Shown: positions 194,153 to 206,950 of the stretch, in pieces | How positions within the stretch are numbered: position 1 is the first letter of the stretch | Layout of the letters: each line of letters starts with the position of its first letter | From: Hyalangium minutum | GTDB lineage: Bacteria > Myxococcota > Myxococcia > Myxococcales > Myxococcaceae | Assembly (NCBI RefSeq): GCF_000737315.1 | Contig: NZ_JMCB01000006.1 | Coordinates: 764,001-1,012,000 of the forward strand | Reading direction: 5' to 3' | DNA length: 248,000 bases | Notes under the pieces: model-generated | Told to the model about the DNA's origin: nothing | Databases searched by the model: none | What the model saw: the letters and a program-made list of their open reading frames with translations, nothing else | Position numbers and translations under genes: made by a program

Positions 194153-197100
194153 ATGGCATCTCGTCCCCTCTCGCTCGGCTGGTGCTTCACGCTGGCCGTG
194201 CTCATCGTGGGTGCAGCCGGCTGTGGCGGCAGCGACCCACAGCCTCCTCTCCCAACTCCTGACTTGCCAGATGCGGCGCTCTCCAAAGTAGAGGTGAGCC
194301 GCACCGCCAACGTCCTGGCGGACGGCCGGGACATCGTCACCCTCACAGTCACCGTGGTGAAGGCCGACGGCACGGCGCTCTCGGGCCGCACGGTGCGGCT
194401 GGAGGTCTCCGGCGAGGGCAACATGCTGGCGCCGGCCTCGGGCCAGACGAACCCCCAGGGCGTGCTGACGGCGACGCTGGCGTCCACCCGCCCTGGCACC
194501 AAGAAGGTGAAGGCCTCGGTGGATGCGGAGGGAGGCCCGGTGGTGCTGAGCGCGCAGCCCACCGTGGAGTTCATCAGCCCCGGCAACCCCGCCACGCGCC
194601 TGGAGTTCACCGTGCCCCCGGGGGACGTCATCGCAGGCACGCCGTTCTCCGTGACCGCGACGGCGTATGACGCGTCCAACAACGTGGCCACGGGCTTCAC
194701 GGGGACGGTGCAGTTGACCTCCTCGGATCCCCAAGCGGTGCTGCCGGGGGCCTTCACCTTTGGCGCGAGCAACGCGGGCACGGCCTCGCTCTCCGTGGAG
194801 CTGCGGACGGCGGGCACGCAGACCCTGAGCCTGGCGCACGGGCTCTCCGGCAGCCCCCTCACCGCCTCGAAGACGGTGGTGGCAGCCAGCCCGGCCCGGC
194901 TCGCCTTCTCCGGGCAGCCGGCGAACGGCACCGTGCGGACGACGCTCGCGGCAGTGCGCGTGCAGGTGACGGACGCGTATGGCAACGCCACCCCGGCCTC
195001 CAGCCCCCAGGTGTCCGTGAGCCTCTCCGGTGGCGACGCCGCCGCCACACTGAGTGGCACGCGGAACGTGGATCCGGTGAGCGGCGAGGCCACCTTCTCA
195101 GACCTCTCGGTGGATCAGGAGGGCAATGGCTTCCAGCTCGTGGCCACCAGCGGGACGCTGACGCAGGGGACGAGCTCGACGTTCACCATCACCGATAACT
195201 TGGCCCCGGCCGCCGCGGTGATCGCCGTGACCGTCCTCACCCCCAGCACCGTTCGGGTGACATGGACGACGGTGGGCGATGACGGCAACCTGGGCCAGGC
195301 CGCGACCCAGGAGCTGCGCTACGCGACCACGCCCATCACCAACCTTGACCAGTTCAACGCCGGCTTGGTCGCCGTCGCCCCGTCGCCCCAGGAGCCTGGC
195401 AGCGCGGAGTCGACCCTCGTCATGGGCCTGACGCTCAACGTCGACCACTACTTCGCGCTCAAGGTCACCGACGGCGCGGGGAACTACAGCCTGTCGAACA
195501 GCCCGAAGGTGGGTGGCGGCGATCCCTGTGGAGGGGTCACGTGCACGCCGCCGGCGGGCACCTGCTCGGCGGATGGACGGACGGCCATCGGCTACACCTC
195601 CGCCTGCGTGGTCGAAAATGGCGCGGGCGTGTGCCGGGACACGCCGGCTCAGACTGCCTGCCAATCGTATGAGACGTGCGGCGCTGGCAGCTGCGGGCCG
195701 GTGACGGCGGGGAGCCAGGCCGGCAGCATCGTCATCAGCGAGTTCAGCGCGCTCGGCTCGGAGTTCATCGAGCTGCACAACACCACCGCCGCGGACATCG
195801 ATGTGCATGGCTACACGTTCCGGAATGCCGCGGGCGTGGAGGTGGACCTCCGCGCTCCCAGCGATCCGAACGGCACTGCGGGCACGGCGGTGGTGGTGAC
195901 TGCGGGAGGCCGCCTGTACGGCATCGCCAACCCGTCCGGCTCGATTCCGGGCGGCGTGGGCTTCGTCTACGGCGCGCCCGGCACCTCGTTCTCCCTGGCG
196001 GACACGGGAGATGCGCTGGCGCTCTACGCGGCGCCGCCCGCGGGCAACCTGCAGGACGTGGTGGACTTCCGTGCGTTCAAGAGCGATCCGAATACCCCGC
196101 TGGCGGCGAGCGACTTCGTCGGCTTCGCGGGCAGCTCCACCCAGCTGGATCCGGAGAGCCTGTCCGCAGCGGGCAATGACACGGCCACGAACTGGTGCGT
196201 GAGCTTCTACGGGAGCGGCGTGAGGGGCTCTCGCGTTACGAACACCGCGGGCGCGGCCAACGGCAGCTGCAAGGTGGCGGTCATCAACGAGGTCTACCTC
196301 GATGCGCCCTCGACCGATAACGGCCTGGTGTTCATCGAGCTTGCGGGTCCCGGAGGCTCCGTCATCGGCGGTGCGAAGATCGCCGACGTGGAGGGCCGGG
196401 CCGGGACCACGGCCGCGGGCGCCAACAATGAGTCGTTCAGTCCGTACACGATCCCCGCAGGGACCCGGTTCCCGGCGGACGGCATCCTCCTCATCGCCGA
196501 CCTCAACCCGAGCGGGCAGACCCTCGTCCCGAACTTCGTGGCCGGGGTGGACGTCGGGGCGAACAACGTGGACCTCGAGAACTTCGGCGGAGACTCGGTG
196601 CAGCTCATCAACGCCGCAGGGACCGCCCTTCTGGATGTGCTGGGCCAGGACGTCTCGGGCACTACCCTGGACACCAATACGGCGGACAACGGCTTTGCCA
196701 TGTACGAGGGCACCATCGCGGTCTACGTCTCCACTACGGGCTCCTGGTCCTCGTCGCTGGCGCGCTCGCCGGGCAGCGCGGATACGGACAACAACCGCAA
196801 TGACTTCCGGACGGATCCGTCTCCGACGCCGGGCCTGCCGAACGATCTGGCGAACTTCACCGTGACGAGCCTGTTCCCGGATGACGGCCCGGCCACGGCG
196901 GGTGCCAACGGCATCGTGGTGACGGGAACGGATCTCGCGCCGACGATGCGGGCGCAGTTCGGCGGCAGCAGCTCGGTGCTGTGCTCCGTGAGCACCCCCA
197001 CCACCGCCAGCTGCACGGCCGTCACCAACGCGGGTGCAGTGGGCGTCGTGGACGTGACCTTCACGCCGGCGGCGAGCGTGGGAGCCTCTGGCCCGTTCAT

Positions 197101-197569
197101 CTTGAGCAGAGGGTTCACGTACACGGGCAACGAGAACGAGACGAACAGTGTCCTGGAGGCGGACTTCTGCAACCTCCAGTCCCCCACCACGCTCTCGGTG
197201 GTGAGGAGCACGGTGACGCCTGTCATCTATGGCCGCATCTACGAGACGGGTATCACGGAGCCCCCAGGGCCGCCCGCGGGCATCCTGGCCGAGGTGGGCT
197301 ATGGCAACAACGGCTCGGATCCCAGGAGCAACAACTCCTGGAAGTTCTTCCCGGCGACGTACAACGTGCAGGTGGGCAACGACGACGAGTTCATGGGCTC
197401 GTTCACGGCGCCGGCCACGGCGGCGACCTACGCGTATACGTATCGGTTCAGCCAGGACAACGGGCTGAAGTGGACGTACTGCGACAAGGACGGGGCGGGC
197501 TCCAACACCAACCCGGACTTGGTGTTCTCGCCGACGCAGTTGGGCGTGATGACGGTCACGAACAACTAG
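194153..197569 (+). CDS. lamin-tail / Ig-like domain lipoprotein
   Basis: Lipobox AAGC; ISEF..FIELHN, INEV..FIEL. Confidence 0.8.
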   Translation: MASRPLSLGWCFTLAVLIVGAAGCGGSDPQPPLPTPDLPDAALSKVEVSRTANVLADGRDIVTLTVTVVKADGTALSGRTVRLEVSGEGNMLAPASGQTNPQGVLTATLASTRPGTKKVKASVDAEGGPVVLSAQPTVEFISPGNPATRLEFTVPPGDVIAGTPFSVTATAYDASNNVATGFTGTVQLTSSDPQAVLPGAFTFGASNAGTASLSVELRTAGTQTLSLAHGLSGSPLTASKTVVAASPARLAFSGQPANGTVRTTLAAVRVQVTDAYGNATPASSPQVSVSLSGGDAAATLSGTRNVDPVSGEATFSDLSVDQEGNGFQLVATSGTLTQGTSSTFTITDNLAPAAAVIAVTVLTPSTVRVTWTTVGDDGNLGQAATQELRYATTPITNLDQFNAGLVAVAPSPQEPGSAESTLVMGLTLNVDHYFALKVTDGAGNYSLSNSPKVGGGDPCGGVTCTPPAGTCSADGRTAIGYTSACVVENGAGVCRDTPAQTACQSYETCGAGSCGPVTAGSQAGSIVISEFSALGSEFIELHNTTAADIDVHGYTFRNAAGVEVDLRAPSDPNGTAGTAVVVTAGGRLYGIANPSGSIPGGVGFVYGAPGTSFSLADTGDALALYAAPPAGNLQDVVDFRAFKSDPNTPLAASDFVGFAGSSTQLDPESLSAAGNDTATNWCVSFYGSGVRGSRVTNTAGAANGSCKVAVINEVYLDAPSTDNGLVFIELAGPGGSVIGGAKIADVEGRAGTTAAGANNESFSPYTIPAGTRFPADGILLIADLNPSGQTLVPNFVAGVDVGANNVDLENFGGDSVQLINAAGTALLDVLGQDVSGTTLDTNTADNGFAMYEGTIAVYVSTTGSWSSSLARSPGSADTDNNRNDFRTDPSPTPGLPNDLANFTVTSLFPDDGPATAGANGIVVTGTDLAPTMRAQFGGSSSVLCSVSTPTTASCTAVTNAGAVGVVDVTFTPAASVGASGPFILSRGFTYTGNENETNSVLEADFCNLQSPTTLSVVRSTVTPVIYGRIYETGITEPPGPPAGILAEVGYGNNGSDPRSNNSWKFFPATYNVQVGNDDEFMGSFTAPATAATYAYTYRFSQDNGLKWTYCDKDGAGSNTNPDLVFSPTQLGVMTVTNN

Positions 197570-197589
197570 CGCAGGGGAGGGGCGCCGGT

Positions 197590-198492
197590 TCAATCCAGGA
197601 ACCGGCGCTCCCAGCGCTGCCAGATGTCTTGGGGGAAGTAGTACCCGCCGCCCGAGTGGTACAGCCAGGGCTCCAGCACACGCGCCAGCTCCCGGTACTC
197701 GGGGAGGTTGTGGCCGGCCTCGGTGTCGCCCGCCTCCGGCCATGTGCCCAGGGTGATGACGGCCCGGTCTCCCTCCAGTGGCTCGACAGTGGTGCCGGGG
197801 GAGGAGAGGCGGGCGCGCAGCCCCTCGACACCGCCGAGCTCGCCGAGCACGGGTTGGCCGAGGAAGGTCAGCCACGAGGGTCCCTTCACCCGTCCGTTGA
197901 GCCCCTCGGCGATGGATTCCACGTCACCGATGTCCATGCCGGGGTAGCGCAGACAGAAGCGGCTGAGGGCTTCTTCCGTTTCCCGATAGCCCAGGATGGA
198001 GTTGAAGAAGAGGCCGGCATGGCCTGAGTCGTAGGGGAGAGCAGCGGCAAGCTCCAGGGCGAGTTCACGCACGTGGCCAGGACCCTGCTCTTCGAGAAAC
198101 TCGGTTGGGAAGCAGAAGCCCACCGACGATACCAAGGGAGGATTGGGCTCGAAGAGCTGACCCAGCGACTGGCAGGAATACGTGAAATGGAATGAAGGAG
198201 CGCCTGACGGGTCGTGCGTCAATTCATGGTGGGACCAGTTCGACGCTAGAAGATCGCGCCTGAAGGTTTGCCAAGACGTGGTGTCCAGATACCCCCAGTC
198301 CCCCTGGTGATCATTATACCAAGCCAGAGCCTGAGGCCCCACGGCGTGCAGGTATATCTCGAACGAGCGCATCACCTCCCGTGCGATCTCATACTTGGAG
198401 CGGCGCATATAGAAGCAGATCTTCAAACCATCACGAATGATCAGCGCGCCGTGGCTTGCGTGGACTCGAACGCGTGGATAGTGCAGGCTCAT
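197590..198492 (-). CDS. DUF3396 immunity family protein
   Basis: RYPGMD, SWLTFLG..LGG; follows a toxin gene. Confidence 0.75.
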   Translation of the reverse strand: MSLHYPRVRVHASHGALIIRDGLKICFYMRRSKYEIAREVMRSFEIYLHAVGPQALAWYNDHQGDWGYLDTTSWQTFRRDLLASNWSHHELTHDPSGAPSFHFTYSCQSLGQLFEPNPPLVSSVGFCFPTEFLEEQGPGHVRELALELAAALPYDSGHAGLFFNSILGYRETEEALSRFCLRYPGMDIGDVESIAEGLNGRVKGPSWLTFLGQPVLGELGGVEGLRARLSSPGTTVEPLEGDRAVITLGTWPEAGDTEAGHNLPEYRELARVLEPWLYHSGGGYYFPQDIWQRWERRFLD

Positions 198493-199310
198493 TTTTTGGG
198501 TCGCTGGATATCCCAGTGGGGTGCCACGCGGGCCGGTTTGACTCCAAAGGCTCTTTCGTAAGCTTGGCCCTGGGTGAGGTTTTCATAAGGATGCCCATTG
198601 CCGTATTCATTCCATTTGGGCGGGTTGGTTCCCGGACAAGGGAACTTCAGGTCGAGGACGTCCAGAACCTCAGCCGCATTGCCCGTGTGGATGACGATGT
198701 CTGGCTCGATCGTTCCCACCAGCCCCTTGCCTCCTGCGCGCAGCAGGGCCTCCACCTGACTCCGGCTGAGCGGTACCCACTTCCCGCTGCCCTCATTCAG
198801 ACGATAGCGCTGCTCGAGGCTGAAGCCCCCTGGCCGTAGCTCCTGGAGCTTTTTCTGGATGCACTCCAGCGCGAGCTGGTGCTTCTCCCGGCCCAACTGC
198901 ATGGCCCGTGTCACGGGCTCACCGCGCGCGTTCCGCCCCACCACCTCGGCGCATTGCTCTCGCGTAGGGCTGCCGCCGAAGTAACGCTCGTTGAGCTGGT
199001 AGTCCGCGTCCTTCACGCAGTCGAGGATGGCTTCCTCGACACGGGCCTGCTGCGCCTTGTCTTCCAGGTAGAAGGCCGCGGCCGCCGAGCCCAGCATGGC
199101 CCCGGCCTCGGCGACGCGCTGACGGGCCGCCAGCGCCTCCGCCTCTCTCCCTGCCGCACCCGGGCACTGCGCAGGGAAGCGGGCGCAGGCGCTGGTCTCC
199201 GAGTCCAGCGTCTGCCCGTACACCCGAGGCACTCCCCGCCGCTCCACCCCGGCGCATGCGCCGAGGAAGAGCACCCAGCCCAGCACCGGGAGCCTCTTCA
199301 CGCGTCTCAC
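198489..199310 (-). CDS. lipoprotein toxin with REase-like C-terminus
   Basis: Lipobox LGAC; PDIVIH..DLKFPC. Confidence 0.65.
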   Translation of the reverse strand: MRRVKRLPVLGWVLFLGACAGVERRGVPRVYGQTLDSETSACARFPAQCPGAAGREAEALAARQRVAEAGAMLGSAAAAFYLEDKAQQARVEEAILDCVKDADYQLNERYFGGSPTREQCAEVVGRNARGEPVTRAMQLGREKHQLALECIQKKLQELRPGGFSLEQRYRLNEGSGKWVPLSRSQVEALLRAGGKGLVGTIEPDIVIHTGNAAEVLDVLDLKFPCPGTNPPKWNEYGNGHPYENLTQGQAYERAFGVKPARVAPHWDIQRPKK

Positions 199311-199317
199311 TCGCGTG

Positions 199318-200130
199318 TCACTGGTCGTCGCACGGAGTGCCCAGCCGGGCCCCCGCGTACACTCCCAGCTCGTTGTAGATCATCGGCAGGTTCTCGGTGA
199401 TGGGCACCACCTTCAGCTCCACCTTCTTCTTGGCGCCCTCGATCCACAGCGGCGACTGCGCGCGATCCACCAACAGACGCAAGTCCCCCTTCTTCGTCGA
199501 GAAGATCTGTCCCTCCGAGTCCGAGACGATGTCCTTCATCTCCTGACGCTTCAGGCTCCCCTTCGGCCCCACGTGCACCCGGAAGCTCTTCTCATCCTCC
199601 GGCTGGAAGCCCTTCTCCACCAGGTAGTAGTTGCCCTTCGTGTCACGCAGCAGTGCGTACGGCTCGTACTGCTGCGGGTTCTTCTCGTACTTCGCCGCCG
199701 TGACGAGCTTCTGCGCCTGCTCCGGCTCCATCACCGTCCACGGCGTGCTCCGCTCGCCGCACCGCACCGCGCACGTCTTCTTCTCCGCGTCCACCTCCAC
199801 CTCCGAGAACACCCGCCAATCAATCCCGCGGAAGTTCGGGTTCGCCGTCTTGGCGAAGAAGCGCGGCTCCAAGAAGTGCGTCCCCGAGGCACCAAACGGC
199901 GGCGGCGCCACCTGCACGAACGCCTTCCCGTCTCCGTAGAACAGCTGCTTGCCCTTCTGCTCCTCCGGCGCCACCACCACGTAGTGGCCCTTGCCGTCCG
200001 TGCAGACCGTTGTCTGCTCCAGGATGAGCAGCTCTCCCAGCTTCTCGCCCTTGCCCCATGGGGGCTCGATTCCCCACGAGGTCCCCGAGAGCAAGGCCAC
200101 GGCCGCGGCGATGAGTCGTCGAGTGTTCAT
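199318..200130 (-). CDS. secreted hypothetical protein
   Basis: Signal peptide; GC3 bias. Confidence 0.7.
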   Translation of the reverse strand: MNTRRLIAAAVALLSGTSWGIEPPWGKGEKLGELLILEQTTVCTDGKGHYVVVAPEEQKGKQLFYGDGKAFVQVAPPPFGASGTHFLEPRFFAKTANPNFRGIDWRVFSEVEVDAEKKTCAVRCGERSTPWTVMEPEQAQKLVTAAKYEKNPQQYEPYALLRDTKGNYYLVEKGFQPEDEKSFRVHVGPKGSLKRQEMKDIVSDSEGQIFSTKKGDLRLLVDRAQSPLWIEGAKKKVELKVVPITENLPMIYNELGVYAGARLGTPCDDQ

Positions 200131-200144
200131 GTGCATGGCTCCGG

Positions 200145-200963
200145 CTACAGGTTCTCTTTGAAGAACTTCGTGGCGTACTCTTCCTGGTTCGAAGCGTCCT
200201 GCTGCGTGGTGAAGCTCACCGCGCTCCCGTTCAGCTCCAGCTTCATCTCCGGGCCGAACTGGCAGCGGTACTGCTTCACCTTCGCCGAGATGACCCGCTT
200301 GCCCACCGGCGTGCCGCACAGCTTGCCCAGCGACTCCAGCGGGTTCCCGCAGTACGACGCGATGCTGTAGCGCTTGATGATGTCGTCCGTGACGCTCTTC
200401 CAGTCGATGGTGGCCGTCACTTGCGTGCCGCAGGCCTCGTTCATCTCCTTGAGGGCCTTCGTGAAGCCCTCCTGCTGGCCGGCCTCGCGCTCTGGGCGGT
200501 TGAACGCCGCCAGCTTCGCCAGCGTGCCGTCCTTCTTCAGCTTCTCGTACTGCCCATAGGCGTCCTCCCCCTTGAGCGCCTGCGTGCGCTTCTCGTCGAA
200601 CGACACGATGATGGCCTTGCGGCGGCCCGGCACCCACACCTCGTACTTCTTCGAGCCGTAGGCCTCCCGCATGATCAGCGTGTAGAAGTCCTCGCCCTTG
200701 TACTGGGTGATGTAGTCCACGCCCCTGTTCTGCTCGTGGACCACGTGGAGCATCGACTTGCCGTCGAACTCGCTGTCCGTGCCCTGCACCGAGAGCAGCA
200801 CTTGCTTCTCGCCCTTGGGGCCCGCGGTGGTGAGCGGGATGACTGCCACCACCTCGCCCTCGGAGCCCGAGTACACCTTGCCGGTTCCCACCGGCGCAGC
200901 CGCCAGCACGGGCGTGCCCGACAGCACGCCCACGGCGATGACCGTTGCCAGGATGCTTCTCAT
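200145..200963 (-). CDS. secreted hypothetical protein
   Basis: Signal peptide; GC3 bias. Confidence 0.7.
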   Translation of the reverse strand: MRSILATVIAVGVLSGTPVLAAAPVGTGKVYSGSEGEVVAVIPLTTAGPKGEKQVLLSVQGTDSEFDGKSMLHVVHEQNRGVDYITQYKGEDFYTLIMREAYGSKKYEVWVPGRRKAIIVSFDEKRTQALKGEDAYGQYEKLKKDGTLAKLAAFNRPEREAGQQEGFTKALKEMNEACGTQVTATIDWKSVTDDIIKRYSIASYCGNPLESLGKLCGTPVGKRVISAKVKQYRCQFGPEMKLELNGSAVSFTTQQDASNQEEYATKFFKENL

Positions 200964-201026
200964 GTTGTGTCCCCCTCCCTGTGGGGACGAGGGCGCCTGC
201001 TTCTCAGGTGCCCGCAGCCTTCCGTG

Positions 201027-202919
<1,893 letters not shown>

Positions 202920-203089
202920 TTAAACCGCTTCCCCCGTGATGTGCCAGACCCCTTCCACACGGACGAAAGGTGTCCCGGTCGTGGTTTTCCCCAGGAGTCG
203001 CCGGCCCACTATACTTCAAAAATTATGGTGAGGGTGGCTGAGCGGCGCGCTCGTGCTGAGGCCGCCCGAGGTAGGTTCGGAGCAAGTCC

Positions 203090-204415
203090 ATGAGTACTTC
203101 ACCGGAGGTCCAGCCCCGGGTGGTGGACCCCGAGCAGCTCCTGAGAAGGCTTCATCCCCTGCAGATGAAGGGAGGGCTGGTGCTCTCCCTGTCGGTCACG
203201 TTCCAGTATCTGGGGCAGTGGGACGTGTTCGGCTTTGTCTTCGTGGCGTCCGTGGTGCGCTTCACCGCCAACGGCCTGCTGGCGCGGTTTGGCGTCCAGC
203301 GGTGGGGCCCGAGCGTGACGGAGTGGATCCGGCTGGGGGTGAACGCGGGCACCCTGGTGGCGATCGGGCTGTGGGCCGGGTGGAGCCTGCTGCTGTGGAT
203401 CTATGTCCCCTTCATCCTGCTGTGGCTCCATGGGCTGGATCGGTGGGGGTGGGTCCGCGCGGTGTTGCTCATGGCCGTCATGGATGGAGCGGCCCTGTGG
203501 AGCGGGTGTGATCCGTACCAGCCCCTGGCCTTCAGCATCATTGGCGTGCTGGGCTTCCTGCTGAGTGCGAAGCGGGCGGAGCTGTTGCAGCAGACGCTGG
203601 AGGAGGTCATCGCGCGGCGCGAGCAGCTCGCGCGGGCGCAGGACCAGCTTCGGGTGATGCACGAGCGGGCCCTCCAGCAGGAGAAGCTCTCCAGCCTGGG
203701 CATGATGGCCGCGGGGGTGGCCCATGAGATCAACAACCCGATGGCCTTCGTCACCAGCAACGTCAGCTCGCTCTACAAGGAGCTGCAGCTTCAGCCGGTG
203801 CTGGCCGAGCCGCTGAAGGAGTACGTGGACGAGGTGCTGCCGGAGACGCTGGATGGCATCAAGCGGGTGAACGCCATCGTGTCGGACCTGAGGCACTTTG
203901 CCCGGGGAGACCCCGAGATTCCGGCCGAGTATGACTTGAACGCCGAGGCGCAGACGGCGCTGCGCCTCGCGCACAGGGAGCTGAGCCACTGCGAGGTGCA
204001 GGTGGCGCTGGGAGAGGTGGGGACGGTGGTGGGCCGGCCCCGGCAGATTGGCCAGGCGCTGCTGAACCTGCTGGTCAACGCGGGACAGGCCACGCCGCCC
204101 GGGGGCACGGTCCGGCTGTCCACGCGCCGCGAGGGGGAGGAGGTGCGGGTGGAGATCCGCGACACGGGAACAGGGATGTCGCCGGAGACGCGGCGCCGCC
204201 TGTTCGAGCCGTTCTTCACCACCAAGCCTCCGGGGAAGGGCATGGGGCTGGGGCTCGCGGTGGCCCATGGCATCGTCACCGCGCAGGGCGGGCACATCGA
204301 GGTGGAGAGTGAGCTGGGCAAGGGCTCCTGCTTCACCTTGCGCCTTCCCCGGGTGGCCTTCTCTGCCTCCGCGAGCCTTCGCGAGGAGCGGGGGCAGAGG
204401 GGAGCAAGCGCGTAG
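203090..204415 (+). CDS. membrane histidine kinase
   Basis: AHEINNP, GMGLG. Confidence 0.9.
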   Translation: MSTSPEVQPRVVDPEQLLRRLHPLQMKGGLVLSLSVTFQYLGQWDVFGFVFVASVVRFTANGLLARFGVQRWGPSVTEWIRLGVNAGTLVAIGLWAGWSLLLWIYVPFILLWLHGLDRWGWVRAVLLMAVMDGAALWSGCDPYQPLAFSIIGVLGFLLSAKRAELLQQTLEEVIARREQLARAQDQLRVMHERALQQEKLSSLGMMAAGVAHEINNPMAFVTSNVSSLYKELQLQPVLAEPLKEYVDEVLPETLDGIKRVNAIVSDLRHFARGDPEIPAEYDLNAEAQTALRLAHRELSHCEVQVALGEVGTVVGRPRQIGQALLNLLVNAGQATPPGGTVRLSTRREGEEVRVEIRDTGTGMSPETRRRLFEPFFTTKPPGKGMGLGLAVAHGIVTAQGGHIEVESELGKGSCFTLRLPRVAFSASASLREERGQRGASA

Positions 204416-204426
204416 CCGCGCCTCGC

Positions 204427-205500
204427 TCAGAAGAGGATGACCATCGCGCCCTCGGGCACCTGGTCGAAGAGGCGAGCGATGTCCGGGTTGTGCAGGACGA
204501 TGCAGCCCCAGGAGAGCCGGCCGCCTGTCTCCTCGAGCGACCACTCGCCTGCCCACCCGTGGAAGCCGATGCCGCTGCCCAGCCGCGTCGAGGCGTCCGT
204601 CGCCTTGCGCTCCTCCCAGGCCTGGGCGATCCGGTTCCGCGCCTCGCGGGTGATGAGGCCCTGGGTCAGCCCTCGCTCCGCGTCATACGCGTTGGGGTAG
204701 TTCACCCGGATCCAGTGGCCGCCGTAGTAGGCCTCGTAGGCTCCGCTGAAGCGGCCCCGGTGCTTCTGCACCACGAAGTACATGCCCGAGGGCGTGCGGT
204801 TGTCTCCGCGCACTTGCTTGCGGCCCTCGGCCTGCCCGAAGCCCACTTCCACGCGGGACACCTCGCGGCCTCGCTCGTACAGCCGCAGCTCGTTGCTCGC
204901 CTGGGAGACGAGCAGCAGCACCGGCTCCTTCCCGGGCAGCGGCAGGCGGGCTCGGGCTTCGGTGAAGCTCCGGGCCTCGGCGGCCGAGAGACGTTTCTCG
205001 GCATGCAGTGACACCGCGAGGCGCCCCTTCGTGCCCACCCGGCCCAGGGGCTGCCCGCGCGTCACCGAGGCGCCGGCGCGCAGTGTCACGCCCTCCAGCT
205101 CCGCGTACTCCGAGCGGACATGCCGCAGCTCGTGGTTCTCGTAATAGAAGTGATCCAGCGTGAGCGAGCGGCCCTCCGCGCCCACCTCCGCCACACGCCC
205201 GTGCGCCAGGGCACGCACCTCGCTCCCGGCTGGAGAGCGCGAGGCGCCAGGCAGGGGCTCGAAGCCATCCGCGGGAGGCGCGGGCGGGCGGAGGTACGCC
205301 TCGAAAGCGTCCACGGCGGACGCTTCGGCGGCCTGGGCTGGCGGGGAGAGGACAGTCCACCCCACCAGCAGCACCCCGAGGCAGCGAGAGACAGGTGATG
205401 AGCTGAGTTGCACGCGAGGTGGACACCCGAGCCGTGTGTGCTGTTCCCGCTTCATTGCCCGCCGAGCAACCGGTGGGTGCTTGACAAGGAGCATCCCCAC
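204427..205500 (-). CDS. L,D-transpeptidase family protein with M23-like region
   Basis: RTPSG, IGFHG..SWGC. Confidence 0.8.
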   Translation of the reverse strand: MGMLLVKHPPVARRAMKREQHTRLGCPPRVQLSSSPVSRCLGVLLVGWTVLSPPAQAAEASAVDAFEAYLRPPAPPADGFEPLPGASRSPAGSEVRALAHGRVAEVGAEGRSLTLDHFYYENHELRHVRSEYAELEGVTLRAGASVTRGQPLGRVGTKGRLAVSLHAEKRLSAAEARSFTEARARLPLPGKEPVLLLVSQASNELRLYERGREVSRVEVGFGQAEGRKQVRGDNRTPSGMYFVVQKHRGRFSGAYEAYYGGHWIRVNYPNAYDAERGLTQGLITREARNRIAQAWEERKATDASTRLGSGIGFHGWAGEWSLEETGGRLSWGCIVLHNPDIARLFDQVPEGAMVILF

Positions 205501-205520
205501 CCTGAATCAATGGGGTACCC

Positions 205521-206306
205521 ATGCCGCCGAAGATCGTCCACCACGACACGGAGCCGCCCGGACCGTGCAGCTACCTGCCCGACCAGCAGGCCTCGCTCGA
205601 GCAGATGGTGATGATGGACGTGTCGCCCGAGGAGTTCGAGGCGATGCTCTCGCGCGGGTGGCGCCGCTTCGGCCCGGTGTACTTCCGGCCCGCGTGCCAG
205701 GCGTGCTCCGAGTGCGTCACCCTGCGCATTCCCACCGCCACCTTCCGGCCCAACCGCAGCCAGCGCCGCGCCCGCGCCGCCTGCTCCCACTTCCGCGTGG
205801 AGGTGGGCATCCCCAAGGTGGATCCCGAGCGGCTGGCGCTCTACCACGCGTGGCACGGCTGGCGGGAGGAGGCCCGGGACTGGCCCGCCTCGGAGCTGAC
205901 GGCCCGCGAGTACTTCCTCCAGTTCGCCTTCCCCCACCCGTGCGCGCGCGAGGTGGCCTGGTATGACGACGAGGCCGAGGGCGGCCCGAAGCTCATTGCC
206001 GTGGGCCTGTGCGACGAGACGGCGGACTCGTGGAGCGCGGCGTACTTCTTCTATCACCCGGCCTACGCGGAGTACTCGCTGGGCACCGCCAACATCGTGA
206101 AGCAGGTGGAGCTCGCCCACGAGCGTGGCCTGCCGCACATGTACCTGGGCTATCGCGTGAGGGGCTGCGCCTCGCTGCGCTACAAGGGCATGTTCCGTCC
206201 GCACGAGCTGCTGGAGGGCCGCCCCGGTCCGGAGGAGACGGCGCGCTGGCAGACCATCACCGAGCCGGATGCTCCTCCGGCCCCGAGAGGCAAGGGCGAG
206301 GAGTAG
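205521..206306 (+). CDS. arginyl-tRNA-protein transferase family (ATE/Bpt)
   Basis: CSYL, GWRRFG..YFRP.C..C, SLGT. Confidence 0.9.
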   Translation: MPPKIVHHDTEPPGPCSYLPDQQASLEQMVMMDVSPEEFEAMLSRGWRRFGPVYFRPACQACSECVTLRIPTATFRPNRSQRRARAACSHFRVEVGIPKVDPERLALYHAWHGWREEARDWPASELTAREYFLQFAFPHPCAREVAWYDDEAEGGPKLIAVGLCDETADSWSAAYFFYHPAYAEYSLGTANIVKQVELAHERGLPHMYLGYRVRGCASLRYKGMFRPHELLEGRPGPEETARWQTITEPDAPPAPRGKGEE

Positions 206307-206315
206307 ACTGAGGCC

Positions 206316-206837
206316 ATGTCCGGCCCTCCTCCGCTGCCCTGGTTCGCCTTCGCGCTCTCGCTCTCGCCGGATGTGGCGCGCGAGCGGCTCCGGAACCTGC
206401 CCGTCCTCCCGCTGCCGGATGGGGAGCTGGCCGAGGCGCTGGATGTGGACCTCCTTTATGACGCGCAGGCCGCGGAGTGGGGCGGGCGGGTGGCGCGGCT
206501 GGTGGATGCGCCGGGCCGCAAGGTGCTGGGGCTGCTGCGGCGCATGCCCGCGCATACCTGGACGGTGGTGGCGCGGCTGGAGTCGGCGCTGGCGCAGGCG
206601 GCCGAGGAGCGCATGGTGCGGGTGCGCACGGCCTCCGGGGCTACGCTCTCCGCGCGAGCCTTCACGCCACCGGCTCCGGGGCAGGCTCCGCAGGGCGTGG
206701 TGAGTGTGGCCTTCCTCGAGGCCCATGCCCGGGCCGCCGAGCGCGCCTTCCTCCCTGCCGCCTATGTGGAGCGGCTCCAGGCCGAGGCGCGCATCGTCCA
206801 GACCGTTCAGCGGGCCCAGGCGGACCGCATCCGCTAA
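206316..206837 (+). CDS. gamma-glutamylcyclotransferase-like protein
   Basis: WFAFA..L; weak family pattern. Confidence 0.55.
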   Translation: MSGPPPLPWFAFALSLSPDVARERLRNLPVLPLPDGELAEALDVDLLYDAQAAEWGGRVARLVDAPGRKVLGLLRRMPAHTWTVVARLESALAQAAEERMVRVRTASGATLSARAFTPPAPGQAPQGVVSVAFLEAHARAAERAFLPAAYVERLQAEARIVQTVQRAQADRIR

Positions 206838-206950
206838 GTCCCTGTCTTTACAGGTGAGCCTACATGTGAGGAAACTTCTCACGAGTTAAGAGCGATAACT
206901 CTTTACCTTCCTTCCTCCCCTTTGGAAGGGCGCCTCAGGAGGCCCGCCCG